Source: Pelomyxa schiedti
Lineage: Eukaryota > Protista > Evosea
Reading direction: 5' to 3'
DNA length: 64,000 nt
NCBI GenBank assembly: GCA_020536535.1
Contig: JAHLWZ010000837.1
Span: forward strand, 23,986-87,985
Every line of letters starts with the position of its first letter. Position 1 is the stretch's first letter. The notes below the pieces were generated by a model, which worked only from the letters and a program-made list of their open reading frames with translations, was not told the origin of the DNA and ran no database searches. Shown here one piece after another: positions 43,932 to 58,803 of this stretch. The position numbers and the translations under genes were made by a program.

Positions 43932-45629
43932 ATGGCCAACACCGACCCAACCCCACCGCCCACGGCTACTCCCAATCCGCCACCTACTGCTATAGTACAG
44001 TATGTTTTTTGGAGGGGTTGTGCCTATGCTGTTCTTACCTTACGTTTGGTTTTTTTTGGTTGCAACAGGCCAACAACAGGCTGGTTGGTTGTTTGCGGTG
44101 AGCGAGCCCATAATCCATTTTCCTCCACACGTTCTTGCAAATTAATTTTGGTGGTTACACAGACGACGACTCGCACCCCGCATGTGAGGCTCTTGTTCAT
44201 TGCGACGAGTGCTGCCTGCACAATCAATGTGCCAAGTGCGCTTCTTTGGAACACAGAGCTACGAAGACGAAAGGTCACCGGTTGATTCCGATTCCTGAAT
44301 GGGTGCAGTCCAAGAAAGACGAGGCAATGAGGGTAATATTATATTTCTGAACTTTTTGTTGTCATTTTGTATACTAAAAGTCTTTCCTATTATACTCATG
44401 TATTATTATATCTTAATATGGTGCTTGCTCATTTTATGTAGCAACAACAGCAACACCCTCCACAAGACGGGCCACAGCAGGCTCCCCCACAAAATCCAAC
44501 ACCAGGGCCTCAGCAAAACCCACAGTTACAACAGTCGCAACCTGGGCAGCCACAGCCGGGACAACCTGGGCAGCCCCAACCACAACCTCAGCAGCAGCCC
44601 CCCTATCAGGGATACCCTCAGCCCCCTCCAGGGTTTCCTCCCTACCCTTATACAAATCAAGGTTACCCTCCACCCCCTCAGGGGTTCCCTCCACAACAAT
44701 CCCAGATGCCTTATTACCCGCCTGGATATCCGCAAGATGGTGCTTACCCACCACAACCACAGCCCCAACCTGGTGGCTCACAGTATCCGCAGCAGCCCAA
44801 CCAGTCCCAATACCCTGGAGGCCCGCAGTACCCACCACCTCCTGGAGGCCCACAGTATCCACCACAACCTGGCGGCCCGCAATACCCTCCACAGCCTGGC
44901 GGCCCGCAGTTCCCCCCGCAGCCTACTGGTTATCCACCACAACCAGGCATGTACCCACCGCCTCCAGGAAGTTCTGCGTATCCACCTACAGGTGCCTCAG
45001 GGTATCCACCTTATCCCCAAACTGGCTACCCACCATCCTCTTCCTATCCTCCTCCTCCAGTAACTGTCGTAGCACCCCCAGGCCCTGCACCCACACCAGC
45101 AAATATTACAGCAGCCATGAAGCCAGTCTTCCAGAATCATTCCTTGAACTCCCTTTATGTAGACCCCAGAATACCATCAAAGAAGGTATTTCAGTACCTG
45201 CTCCTCACAATGATACCCACCACAAATTCTAGGACGCCAATATTAGAAAGCATGCCCGTGTCCCTTTTGATGAACCTATTGTGGCAATCATCGATTGCAC
45301 TGTATTTGGGTCCGCTGATAACGGAATAGCATTTACACCACACGGTTAGCCAGACCTCTACCCTCCTTACTTCCCACCAAACATCCTCTACCATAGGTAT
45401 ATATGTTCACAATGACTGGACAACAGTGACAGAACACGGCGGGGGCCACCACTTTGTAGACTGGCGCACAGTGCTCAAGGCAAACAATAAAGCGTTAAAG
45501 ACCTTTGAAGTGCACCTTGGGGCAGAGCACAGCAATGTCGTAAACCTCAGTGGAAGTGGTGTAAGTGAAAAACAGCTCTTGCGAATTCTGGAGGAACTCA
45601 AACCAGTCCTGCGACCATTTTTCCCCTAA
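43932..45629 (+). CDS. B-box zinc finger + PQ/PY-rich linker + C-terminal uncharacterised domain
   Basis: ALVHCDECCLHNQCAKCASLEHRATKTKGHRLIPI; GGPQYPPQP repeats; LYVDPRIPSKK..EPIVAIIDCTVFGSADNGIAFTPHGIYVHNDW. Confidence 0.75.
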
Positions 45630-45825
45630 TAAATGACATTGCCAGCACCCACTCTGTAGGAGACCACCATTAAGTGTACTAACAAAGTATCTCTCTTATT
45701 CCAAAAGCTGGAGTGCCATCATCAGAGGTGAAAAGAAAAAAAAGATCGATGTAGTTTATGAGAAAAATCACTCTTTTTCAGAAAATAAAAAAAAACGGTG
45801 TGGTTGAATTGGTTTGCTACAACAA

Positions 45826-48349
45826 ATGACAAGTTCAGAAATTCTTAACGAGTGCGGACCCCACGCTGCTGTGTGTAAACTATTTCTTTAGTTTTGTGCT
45901 AAAACGAATTTTTTTTTTCCCCTATTTGCAGCATGTATGGTACGCGGTGTTTTCATTTGTGGAAAGGGAGATGATGGCTGGAAGGGTACTGTGTTCCGCC
46001 TTTTTTTTAAAAAAAAAAAAACGCCGTGTTGTTTGTCTGACGAATTTATACTCGAAAGGGAGTCTCTGTGAAGGGACTGGGAACTTTTTCTTTTGTCACA
46101 CAAGTTACTGAAAAAGGGAATAGAGGACAAGCGGTAACTTCTCTCTTCCTTTTTTCCCATAGTCAAAACCTTACTCTAAATAGATTACCAAAATTCCTTC
46201 TTTCACATTATCAGAGGTCTTCATAAACAGCTATGGGGCAACATTTGTAAAGCCACCCTTTTCTGGTGAGCACCATTTCCTCGTTTCCCTGTAACGCAGC
46301 TTAGAGGGCATTGTAATAACTCAACTCAATGCAACATCTGTGGCCCCTTTCTGTGGTGTCGACCGTGAAAATGTGCTTCCCACATTTAAAGCCATCATTT
46401 CTGTAATTGGTGACCGCGTCAAATGCGGGAGGGGAGTAGACATCGACATCAAAGTGGGCCAGTTTATTTGCTCTAATAGGCATTTCCCCTCTTCCAATCC
46501 CTGTAACTAACATACCGAAAGACGAATATCTGTTCGGTTTTATGACTGGTTTGCTACAAGCTTAGCTCGCCCAATATCACATGTATTGAAATGAAACTCT
46601 CAGCTTGAGTAACACTTATTTGTAGAGTGACAAAACGGCATCAAACTCCTTTGGAACTTCAACAAAATCCTTGTCTATAAAGACTTCTAGTACTACGTAA
46701 CTTCTCCTTGTTTTTTATTAGATACTGATTCAAGATAGAGCATCGTCACCTACACCTTTTTCTACAGTTCCGGCAACGTCGGCAACTAAAACCATTTCCA
46801 CATCAACTTCCGCAAAGACTACAACAAATGGCGAACTTTATTCGGCATCCCGCACTCAAACCGTATCCCAGACACGACGCCCTAGCTCTCAAACTCAACG
46901 ACCATTATCACAAACACAGCGCCCAGTCTCTCAAACCCAAAGGCTTCAGACACAACGTCCAATGTCTCAAACACTACATTCCACCTCCAGCACTGCACAT
47001 TTCAAGTCTTCATCCACACAACGGCGGCTTTCTTCCACTCAACTGAACCCACCTTTCAAAAGTAACATTGCACCAACTGCCCGGGTTCCGTCATCACATA
47101 GACGCCCCCAGTGGCAGACACGACCAGGGTCACAAACACAATCATTAGCACGTCCACAGTCCCAAACACAGTCCTCAGCACGGCCACAGTCAGAGACGCG
47201 ATCACAGTCACATACTCAAATAAATGAGAATTCTTACAATTCACTGCGAACCTCAAATACAACTACTACATCAAAAACGGAGATAACAACCACAGGCAGA
47301 TATTGACTTTAAGTTTGAACTAAAAAGTGACTATTTCAATTTCAGCAAACAGGCCTGCTTCCAATCAGTACCCTCGAGATCAAATTTGCAGCAGTTGTCT
47401 TGCTCAACTGGATCATCTACATGACCAAAAAGCTCGAATGGAAAGGTAGTTCTTTTTGTCTCACATTTCTTTCATGGAGTGTAGAGAGGAAATGGAGAGG
47501 CGACAAGTACAGGAACAGGCCTTGTTACAGCAGCAGAGGATAATGGCTGAAATTGAGAAAGAAAAAGTGTGTTCCTTTTGATTACTACAAACCACTCCCT
47601 CTTCCCAGGAAGCTCAAAGAAAGCAACGGGAGATGGAACAGCAAATCGCAAACGAAAATCGTGAACTTGCCCTGGCACATGTGTCTTTTCGTTTTAGCAC
47701 AAAAATTATTAATAACAAGAACAACAGAAACTGCAGTCTATTTCAATGCAAAATACTACTACAGAAAGAGTCACGGTAGTTTCACCCATTAATCATACGG
47801 TTTTTAAAAATGTAATAGCGAACCAATAACGATGCGGAAATACAACAAAAGCGGGAAGAAAGCAAGCGCCTTGCAGAGCTATATGTTATAAATTCAATGT
47901 ACTTGGCTCTGAATAACCTAAAGCAGAAAGCAGAAATGGATAGGAAGGAGAAAGAGAAACTCGAACAATCGAGACAAGAAGCCGAAGAAGCCTTGTTGGG
48001 AAGACTTACTGTAGAAAGAGAGTACTAAGCCAGTTTCCACTTTTGGTTTTCTAACAGGAATTCCAAGAGTTAAGCAGGAAGAAGAACAACTTCGATCGCA
48101 GAAGAGAGAGGAACAGAGGCAAGTTGCACTCGATTTGCAGGAGCAAATCCGTAAGTCAACAGCCACACAAACAACATTTCTTCTTTAGATTGATTTAGTT
48201 TGTTTATTCCAGGCCTGAAGACACTGAGCAGTACTGAAACCACAACAACTGTTCAGAATACCTCTCTTCTCATTGGAAGCGAGCACGAGTGCACAGATCT
48301 TTTATGCATTCGTTGCAGGAGGCCCATGAACCGCCGCATGCGACGCTAG
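45826..48349 (+). CDS. CCDC81: CCDC81-like centrosomal/ciliary protein (HU-like domains + coiled coil)
   Basis: VWYAVFSFVEREMMAGR-GVSVKGLGTFSF..IPSFTLSEVF..QLNATSVA..VDRENV..GQFICSNRRISVRFY; ICSSC; E/Q/R coiled coil; C-terminal CIRCRR; SQTQRP repeats. Confidence 0.72.
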
Positions 48350-48496
48350 CACAATTGCCCCAACTGGCCTCTCACTCGCTCTACCCATCCAATTGGGTAG
48401 CCTCAATTACCTGTGTAAAGTGAAGAATAAAAAGTCCCAACTTTTGAGATTTGCAATCTTTCTGTAAAAAGAAACCAAGAAATAAAAAAAACCGAA

Positions 48497-48987
48497 ATGC
48501 TGCGAGCCGGGAGTTTCGCCGTGACGCCCAAGTTGAATTGCCCACACGTGACGACTGCCTACAGACAGGACCAAAGGCCAGCCACACTCTGCTGTGCGTA
48601 GTTGTGGCCCCTTCCAAAAAGCTACAACTGTCCCAACTCAAACATCCTCCTTTCTTCTAACCTCTCGGCACTTTTGCTCCTCCCCAGTCACTGATCCATG
48701 TGCCTCGTGCGGTGACAGGAGCGAGAACTGGGTGTGCGCCACGTGCTTTTCGCACAACTGCAGCCGCTACGTTGCCGGCCACGCTGCAGACCACTACGAC
48801 AGGACAAACCACCCCGTGGCTGTGTCATTGTCCGATGCTTCTTTCTGGTGCTACGAGTGTGAGAGCTACATAGAACATCCCGTGAGTGTCGAAATATCTT
48901 GGTTTGCATTCCGTGTCTAACATTTACAAATAGAGCCTTGTAAGTATGAGGCAGTGGGTGCAGGAATTCAATGTTGTTAGTAACTGA
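48497..48987 (+). CDS. Stand-alone ZnF-UBP (HDAC6 BUZ-like) ubiquitin-binding protein
   Basis: FAVTPKLNCPHV..PCASCGDRSENWVCATCFSHNCSRYVAGHAADHY..HPVAVSLSDASFWCYECESYI. Confidence 0.88.
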
Positions 48988-49072
48988 AAGCATTCACTGG
49001 GAGTTGTGTAGTTGTTGTTTGGGGAATGTAAAAACAAGAAATAGCCACTGGCTTTGTTTTTTTAGAGGTTTG

Positions 49073-50672
49073 TCAGAGGAGATCAGGAGGTGGGGCTGTG
49101 GGGGGAGGGCAGGGAGCACTAGGAGTCGTGGTTACAGTCGGGGGTGTGGCGGGGATGTTGAGCTCCTTGATAGTCACTCCTACCGCCGCAAGTTCTTCTG
49201 TCACACGGGAAAGATAGGTGGGATCAGGGTAGCCATGTTGTTCGGCACCACCAGCGGGCTGGGTTTTGTGATGGATACTGTTCCATATCTGGAGGAAAAT
49301 GAGTTCGTAATTAATGACACTTGTATGGATGAAGCTTACCACACAATCTGATTGTCCTGTTGTGGCAGAAGTGCCAACTGAAAAAATAAGCCTTCGGGTA
49401 AAAGCTATCTTAAGAAGCTCAACAACACGTGCACCCTCTGCCGTTGCTGGGAAGTAAGCTTCTCTCTCGGTTCCCGAGAAAGGAAGACCTTTTGTCTGGG
49501 TTAGTCAATTCCAGAAGTAGGATTTTTTCCAAACCGACCGGGAGATGGATGCCCGGGTATTTGCATCCCATCAGGAATAATGTAAGTCACCACAATGGTG
49601 TCTGTACCTGGATAACCTGGAAGAGAGGCACTGTTGTTTGTCACCAAATGTGCATTTTAGTTTTTTGAAAGCAAAAACCTTACTTCACGTGAATTATGTC
49701 CATTGTTCCAGGTGGTTGCAACCCTGTCATTACACCATTGCAAGACAGACACACTGGGCACTGTACACATCTACCACGCACAACAGGAATAATGCAGTCT
49801 TGGTGGAATTTGTGTGTACAGTTGGATAGTTGCACCACAACTTGGTCTGTCTCGTCCAGTGGTGGAGGTGCTGCTGCTGCTGAGAGAAGAGGTTTGCTAT
49901 CTGCGTCCATAGGCTGGGTAGGAAGAGAAAATTCATCAAGGCAGACTGGGCACTTGTCGTTGGTTAATTCTTTGTACTGTGAGGTTTTGGAAATTTAGAT
50001 CATCTTGGACAATACTGGATACATCAACAGGTTTCCATAATCCTGTTGTATCCAAAGTGTCATCACACATTTCAGAAGTCAACTCTATTGTAGTTTTCCC
50101 TGTGAATGTCCAAGAATACGCTTATTAGGATAAATGGAAAGTGCAGCTGGAAGTAACTGAGGTAACGCGTTTCATTGAAATTAACCCAGTGCCTGTAGCA
50201 TTTTTCACACAGATTTCTTCCTTTGTTTGGCTTTCCCTTTATACAAAAGGAGAAGGAACGTGATTAGTCCGAAATGACTCCCTTCGGGACAAACTTTGCA
50301 CCGAGAGCAAGACAGCCTGCTCTCACTGACCCACTTGGTGAAACATTCCTGGCACAAATCCCTTCCCGCGTTTGGGTGATTGACTTCACAAGAAGAACAG
50401 CAAGGGCTCGCTTTTTTCCCGTAAGTTACGAACAAAGAAAGGGAAAACAAAAAAAAAAAAAAAAAAAAAAAACCAAACTTACGAAATGACGCCTTCCACG
50501 CAACGTAGCAACCCTCGCACAAGTCGTAACCAGGGTTGGGTCGTGCAGTCCCGCATTTGGCACAGTTCTTTGGCCCTTTACTCCACGCAGTGAAGCAGAT
50601 CTCACACAAGTCGTGTCCGTAATTTGGTTGTCGCGTGTTGCACCCAGCACATGTCGCAAATCCGCAGAACAT
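49073..50672 (-). CDS. Deltex-family E3 ligase (RING-H2 + DTC) with four N-terminal C4 zinc-finger repeats
   Basis: CPVCLDEF..CTHKFHQDCI..CPVC..GLQPPGTM; LPGYPGTDTIVVTYIIPDG..HPSPG; AYFP..LLKIAFTRRLIFSVGTSATTG; WNSIHHKT..HGYPDPTYL. Confidence 0.9.
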
Positions 50673-50852
50673 CTTGCCCCAACAGTAAACGAAAAAAAAA
50701 CACAAACTTGTTTTTAGGAAAAAATTTCATTTCAAGAATTTCTTTCCAATGAGTGTTGTGTGCTTCAGGGATAGGATGTACAAGGTACCTTTATCTACAT
50801 TGCCTGAAGCTACTCACTGTCACTGGAAGACTCAGAAGGTTCAGAATCAGAG

Positions 50853-53570
50853 CTACTGATGCTTGGTGTTGTCCCAGGCTCCTTCTTCGTCAGCCTCACT
50901 AACTAACAGGTCTTCATTGGGTGGTGCTGTGTGACCCACCACTTTTAGGGATAACTTCGTCCTTGGCTTCTTTGGCTTGGGTTCCACAAGTTTTACTGCC
51001 GATGATGATGGGGCCAATCGGAGGTGTGTGTGGGCTGGGGGTGGGGTAACAGTTCCCACTTGGAGGATGAGGATGACTTTGGAGCAGACATCAGGGTTGC
51101 AAAGTTGTGTGACTTGCGGGTTTCCCGACGCCGGTTGGATGAGGAAGGTGGAGAAGTTTTCGTCTGTGGGGAGAGAGGGATGCAGGTCTTGCGCTATCTG
51201 GCAAAATATGAGCCCCAGGACCCAATTGCATGTCTGCTTTGGAACTTGTCCAGCACCTCTTTTAATCTTTGATTGTCAACTGGTCTTTCCCAGTCCCTGC
51301 ACTCCGCGATTAAGCAGCCCCTTTCAGGTCAATTTCATCCCGATTGTCAGGCACGATCAAATCGTCCACCAGGACCCCAGGGATGCTTCTCGGGCACGCA
51401 AGCTCTTCCGTGAAGGGATCCTGCTGGCCAGAGAGAAACGGTACCATTTGCTTATCAAATAAGCCAGGGTCGGATTCATTGTGGAGGAGTTGCCATATTG
51501 CGCAACACGATCCGCCGCTGTCAGGTCCCCCATGGTGGTATGGGTAATCTGACTTGCCATAAACGTGAAGCAATTTCCAACTGCTGGGAAGTATATAATT
51601 CCTGTGGCACATTGAAGTACCTCGCAAAAAACCCCGAAAAGGGGCACAGGGAACCCACTTCTTCATCATCCGCAGCAGCCTCCACCAAGACCCTGAGCAG
51701 GTTGCGGACAAGACACAATGGTTCGTGGTCTCCAGTCGGTATCTCATCAATGAACACGACCGGCCTGGTGCTGATTGTGTTGGCCGGCCATGTTTCCCGA
51801 AATTGTATGATGGTCATGGGTGCCTGGATGGATGACTCACCAAAGTCCTTCCCCACAAGGGAAAATGGAAGCCTGTCAGGGAATAACTGCTGATTTTGTA
51901 ACGCTTCTACAGTTGCAGATGCGGAAGCAGAAGTGGACGAACTGGCTGCAGTGGATGATTGGGTGCTGTGCTGAATAGTCATGATCCAGCTGAGCAAAGC
52001 GGCAGTCCAAAACGCCTGCGACGTGAAGCGCAACTCAGAGCAGTAAGGCCACGCATCCTCTTCTGCTTCGTATTTTGCCTTTGATGCATTCCACTCAGTG
52101 ACGTCTTTTCTCACACACTCCACAAAAATAGTGGACCAGTCTTTCCAACATTTGTAGATGGGTTGGGAGTCCTTCCTTTTCCATACAATGTATCTTTTTT
52201 TCATTGTTGAGAGAAATGGAGAGTGCATTGTTGGACGCATACATAAGATCCAAGTCCAATCCAAACACTATCTGGGTTTTCCCCATTCCGGAACTGCCAT
52301 CCAAAACAATGAATGGCATGTCTGGTTCCTTTTTGCCACTGTACGGCACTGGTGAGTCACTGTACTGGTGGCATTGCTGCTTGCCTCTGATGGCCTCAAT
52401 GGCATTTCCGATGTGGCGCAGATTCTGTTCTTGTGGTTCACTGGCCATTGCCCTTCCCGTTTCATAGTACTTCCTAATTATCCCTCCATTTTCATTCACC
52501 AGGATCCCTGTCAACAAAACTTCGGAATGGTGACCACCTTCAAGAAGCTGTGCAAATGCTATGTGACTCAACTTTAATGCAAATACAGCTTCACACACGA
52601 GTTCTATCTTTTTAGATACAAGGAAATTGAGTTGGAACCAAAAAGGGGGGAAAAAAAAATACATTTAAAATCAAGGGTAGGTCCCAGTATTGCTCCTCTG
52701 GTTTGGTCATTGCACCAAAGATTTGGCCAATTTCTCCCCCACTAAGTGGAACAGGTTTGTCAAGGGCATCAGTTTTCACGTGCTCAAGGAGCTCTAGTGG
52801 TATGGGGACCTTTTCCCCTTCTCTTGAAATCAAGAATCGACCATCTAGTCAAGGGTTTGACATGGAGTATATGTACTCCTAGGAGTTTCTGCAACAACAG
52901 TGCAAGATGGGAATGGGTGGGGTGGCTTCTCTCACTGCCGCTGAGACTCGCAAGTTGGAGGGCCTCCATTTTGCTGGCTTTGTGGGGGTCGCACGCCCAC
53001 GCATTTTTGGTGCCAATTGGCGTGGACCCGGTGCGGCGGTAATTTACCGGGATTTTGCCTTTTTCTGGAGCCCGACGTCGCAGTTGTTTTACTGGTAATC
53101 ATTTCGCTGGGGAACCAGCACAGGCACCAATGGGTACCCTCGCAGTCCCAAACAACTAACCTACTCTTGAGTAGTGCGCTAAGCACTGACTCCAGAGATT
53201 GGAGGTTATCAGAAATCAGTGGATAGTCGTCGGCAAGGTGAGACATTTTCACTGCATATACCGACTAGAGAGGTGTCAGTAAACAAGGTCAAATCCTTGA
53301 CCGGCTCTTCGACCTACTTGGTGTTTTCCCAATGTCTTTTCGCCGATTTGATCAGATATTATTAACCCTGGTGTCTTCCATTACAGGCGAGAAACCCGCT
53401 GTGGTGATAGTCACTGAAGGCTTTCTGAGTGGTTGCATGACAGGAAAAGTTACACTGGTTGATTTTCAGTCCCACATCCGTGTGCTGTTTGTTTCCAGAA
53501 GCCACCACTGATGGACAGTTGCCTCGGGCGATTTTGTTTTGTGGAGGCTTTCGTTATTTAAAAATGCCAT
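50853..53570 (-). pseudogene. Degraded Crinkler-like gene: UBL-like header, P-loop NTPase, REase-like domain
   Basis: PFIVLDGSSGMGKTQ (Walker A), VVFIDE (Walker B), RNLLR; REase-like DEIDL..IAECRD; apparent single-base deletions near 51320 and 51250 and an apparent in-frame TAG near 53315; 5' limit uncertain. Confidence 0.6.
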
Positions 53571-53614
53571 GAGACAATAGAATTAATAATATATACACAT
53601 GTGTTGTGAAAACA

Positions 53615-55777
<2,163 letters not shown>

Positions 55778-55915
55778 CCAACGCACAATTCTAACCCTGC
55801 CACTGAGCAGCAGTTTGCCAAAAAGCTGTGTGATCCATTCTCGTAACATCGACGGAGGTAGGGAGACGGAGCATAACCACCACCACAAGGCGCGTTGTTG
55901 TTGTTGCCCAGCACC

Positions 55916-57069
55916 ATGTCGGGGGTAGTACTAGTAACTGGGGTTTCTTTCGCTTCGGCGGTCATTGTGGGATGCCTGCTGCTGGGGGCGGTGGGCGTCG
56001 CAGGGGACACGTGCATGGGGACCATCTACGCGGCGGACGCCCTCCGATGGGGCGTGTCGTTGTCCAGCGGGGTGGATGGGACGTTCTACTCTGGGTACGA
56101 GACATACAACCGGGGAGTGGACGTGGGGCTGCTGGGCAACGACCCGACTTTTCTTGTTGTTGCTGCTCAAGGTTGTTTGTTTGTTCTTTCTTTCTTTTAG
56201 AAAAATAAACCGTTTTTGTTTGCTTTACTGGTGTAAGTGCGTGCCCGCTAATTAACAACATGTAGAGAGTGGCCGGGTGGGGAAATGTGTGGATATTGGC
56301 ACAATGGAACAAATTGCATCCAACTACTCATTTTCGAATTTTGGTGCGCCGGTGGCAACCGCTTATACATCTATCCACTGGAGCCATGATGAACTTGTGC
56401 GTTCCGAGTTCTTACTTCATCGGAATTTTACCTTTCCAGGTTATTGCTGCCTCTTATAACAACTCTACTGCTGAATTTCAACCCTTGTCAAATGCCACAT
56501 CAAATTATCTTTTCAGTGATCCTGTAATACTCTTTCACGAAATGTGAGTACCAAAAACCAACTAAAACCAGTCCCCAGGAACCAAATTACCGATGTCTAG
56601 CTGTTGTTGGGCACGTTGTGCTTGTTAACATCGAAGGAGAGGTTGGACTTTTTTTTATTGGTTGCTACATTTTGTTGATTGGTTTATGCGTTTTTACCAA
56701 ACGCGTAGGATTACCATCTGATAGCAAAGCTCCTGATTCTTGAAATTGGAACAGCAACTCTCACGTTGAGATGGGATGTGTTGTATGACAAAAAGGATAC
56801 ACTATCAAGCGCACCCTGTCATTGCCTTTCTGAAGAGCCATACACACACGGAAACAACATTCTTGGTAAGTCCATTCTCCCAAAGTTTATGTATCCTAGT
56901 AATTCTCTTCACAGGTGAAATGGGGTCTTCTTTATGGGCAGAAGGACTTAGCGTAGTAATAGCTGTCTTATCAACAGTACTAGCAGTGGCCGTATTAAAC
57001 TTGTGTATCAGACTACACTACATAACACAACAAAACCTTATCAACAAGCACCAACACAAAAACCTATGA
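55916..57069 (+). CDS. Type I membrane protein of unknown function
   Basis: N-terminal signal/hydrophobic stretch, N-glycosylation sequons, C-terminal TM LSVVIAVLSTVLAVAVLNLCI. Confidence 0.68.
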
Positions 57070-57238
57070 AGGTGGTTCCCAATTAAAAAAATACACCCTC
57101 ACCACAGCGGATTACGCATGCCAATGGTTTCGTCTTCACTTTTCTCTGAAAACCAAAAAAAGTGATGACCGCACGGTACCGCTGGTATTGAGAACGGGCG
57201 TTTTGTTTTGTCCCAGAAGGCAGAAGAACAAAAAAAAA

Positions 57239-58611
57239 ATGAGTGGCAGTTCAGTAGTTGAAAAGGTCACATTGAGGCATGGAGTGACTGGGGAATCGTG
57301 TGAAGTTTACCCTTCGTTGGGCGCCTGTGTGACTAGCTACGTCCACCCTCCTTCAACTGGTGGGTTTTCTTTCTCTTTTTGGCACAATCTGTTGGCAGCA
57401 GTTGGGCCATGCATTTTTCATTTTTGACATATGGCCATTTGGGCATTCGGTCCACCTAACTTTTCATTATTTATCCAAGTTCCATCTGAGGGAAGAAGAG
57501 CAGAGGCAAGGTTGAGTGAGGAGCAGTTGCCACCAGTTGGGGCACAACAAACTATACAGGAGGGTGAGGTACTATTCCTGAGCAGTAAGTCATCTTGGAA
57601 CCTGGGAAAACCAATTCGAGGTGGTGTCCCTGTTGTGTAAGCATTCCTTTTTTCTTCCACTTTATCTGTTTCTCGGAGCTAATATACACCTCAATTTGGG
57701 AATAGGTTCCCCCAATTCGGCTCTGGGCCCATGCAGCAACATGGATTTGCCAGAAATTCCAAGTGGTCCGTAGAGGCACTTACAACAAACGATGCTGGTG
57801 ATGCCATAGCAGTCTTATGCCTTGGGAATAACCAAGTTAATCCACAGCTCTTGGCCACCTGGGGTTCGGGAAATGAGGCTGAGGGATGTAATTTGTTTGT
57901 GATCCGGCTGCAAATATCATTACTCGCTGATGGGCTACGCATGGAGCTCAGTGTAGTTAACAGGGGTAGCCATGCTTTTACTTTCACAACGGCTCTGCAT
58001 ACCTATTTCCGCGTCGATTCTATTCAACACACAGCGATATCGTACCCTGTCCTTTACCGTTTGGTCTCTACTTACGTAACAACAGTGGACTCTCTGAATT
58101 AAGATTCATTGACAAGTTGAGAGACATGAAGGAATTTACTGAACTCCCAGGAGAAAAAGTACTCCATGAAGCCCATGACCGAATTTATATCATATGCAAA
58201 CCTTCTTATGCAATTAGTTTTTTTATCACAAGAAACCTTGACTCTAAACACACCCTGGCCCCCCTAGCTCTTTTCAAATACAGACACCAAGCAGAACTAT
58301 TCATATAAGGCAACAAGACTTCTCAGATGTTGTACTGTGGAATCCCTGGGAGACATTGGTATCTCCATCCACCCACGTACCACTTATCAATGCACCTCTG
58401 CAGGGATCCAAGATTGCTGACCTAGGGCCTGGTGAATGGACAAAATTTGTGTGCATAGAAGCCGGTATTAAAACAACACAAAAGAAAATATTACAAAGTA
58501 TAGAGACTAAAAACAGCCAACATTCTCACAGGAAATGTGAGCCAGAACGTAGTCTTGGAACCTGGAAAGACCTGGAGTGCACACCAGCACATTTCTGTCT
58601 CCATCCCATGA
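57239..58611 (+). CDS. Glucose-6-phosphate 1-epimerase (aldose 1-epimerase family)
   Basis: GACVTSY, EVLFLSSKS..GKPIRGGVPV-FPQFG, QHGFARN, FTTALHTYF, DRIY, DVVLWNPW, FVCIEAG. Confidence 0.92.
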
Positions 58612-58803
58612 AAGGAAGCTTCTTTCCTCACCAATTCCTTGCAACCATCCCTACCCAAATAAGAGATCCCGGTTGAAGTCACCTGCAATTCAACCGGACT
58701 TGCGTTGATTTTCAAAAATCAAATCAACTTCTCGTTTAGACGCGAAAGCTTTTATAAGATTACACACAAAAGAAAAGAAAAAAAAGCAACACAAAGAACA
58801 CAG

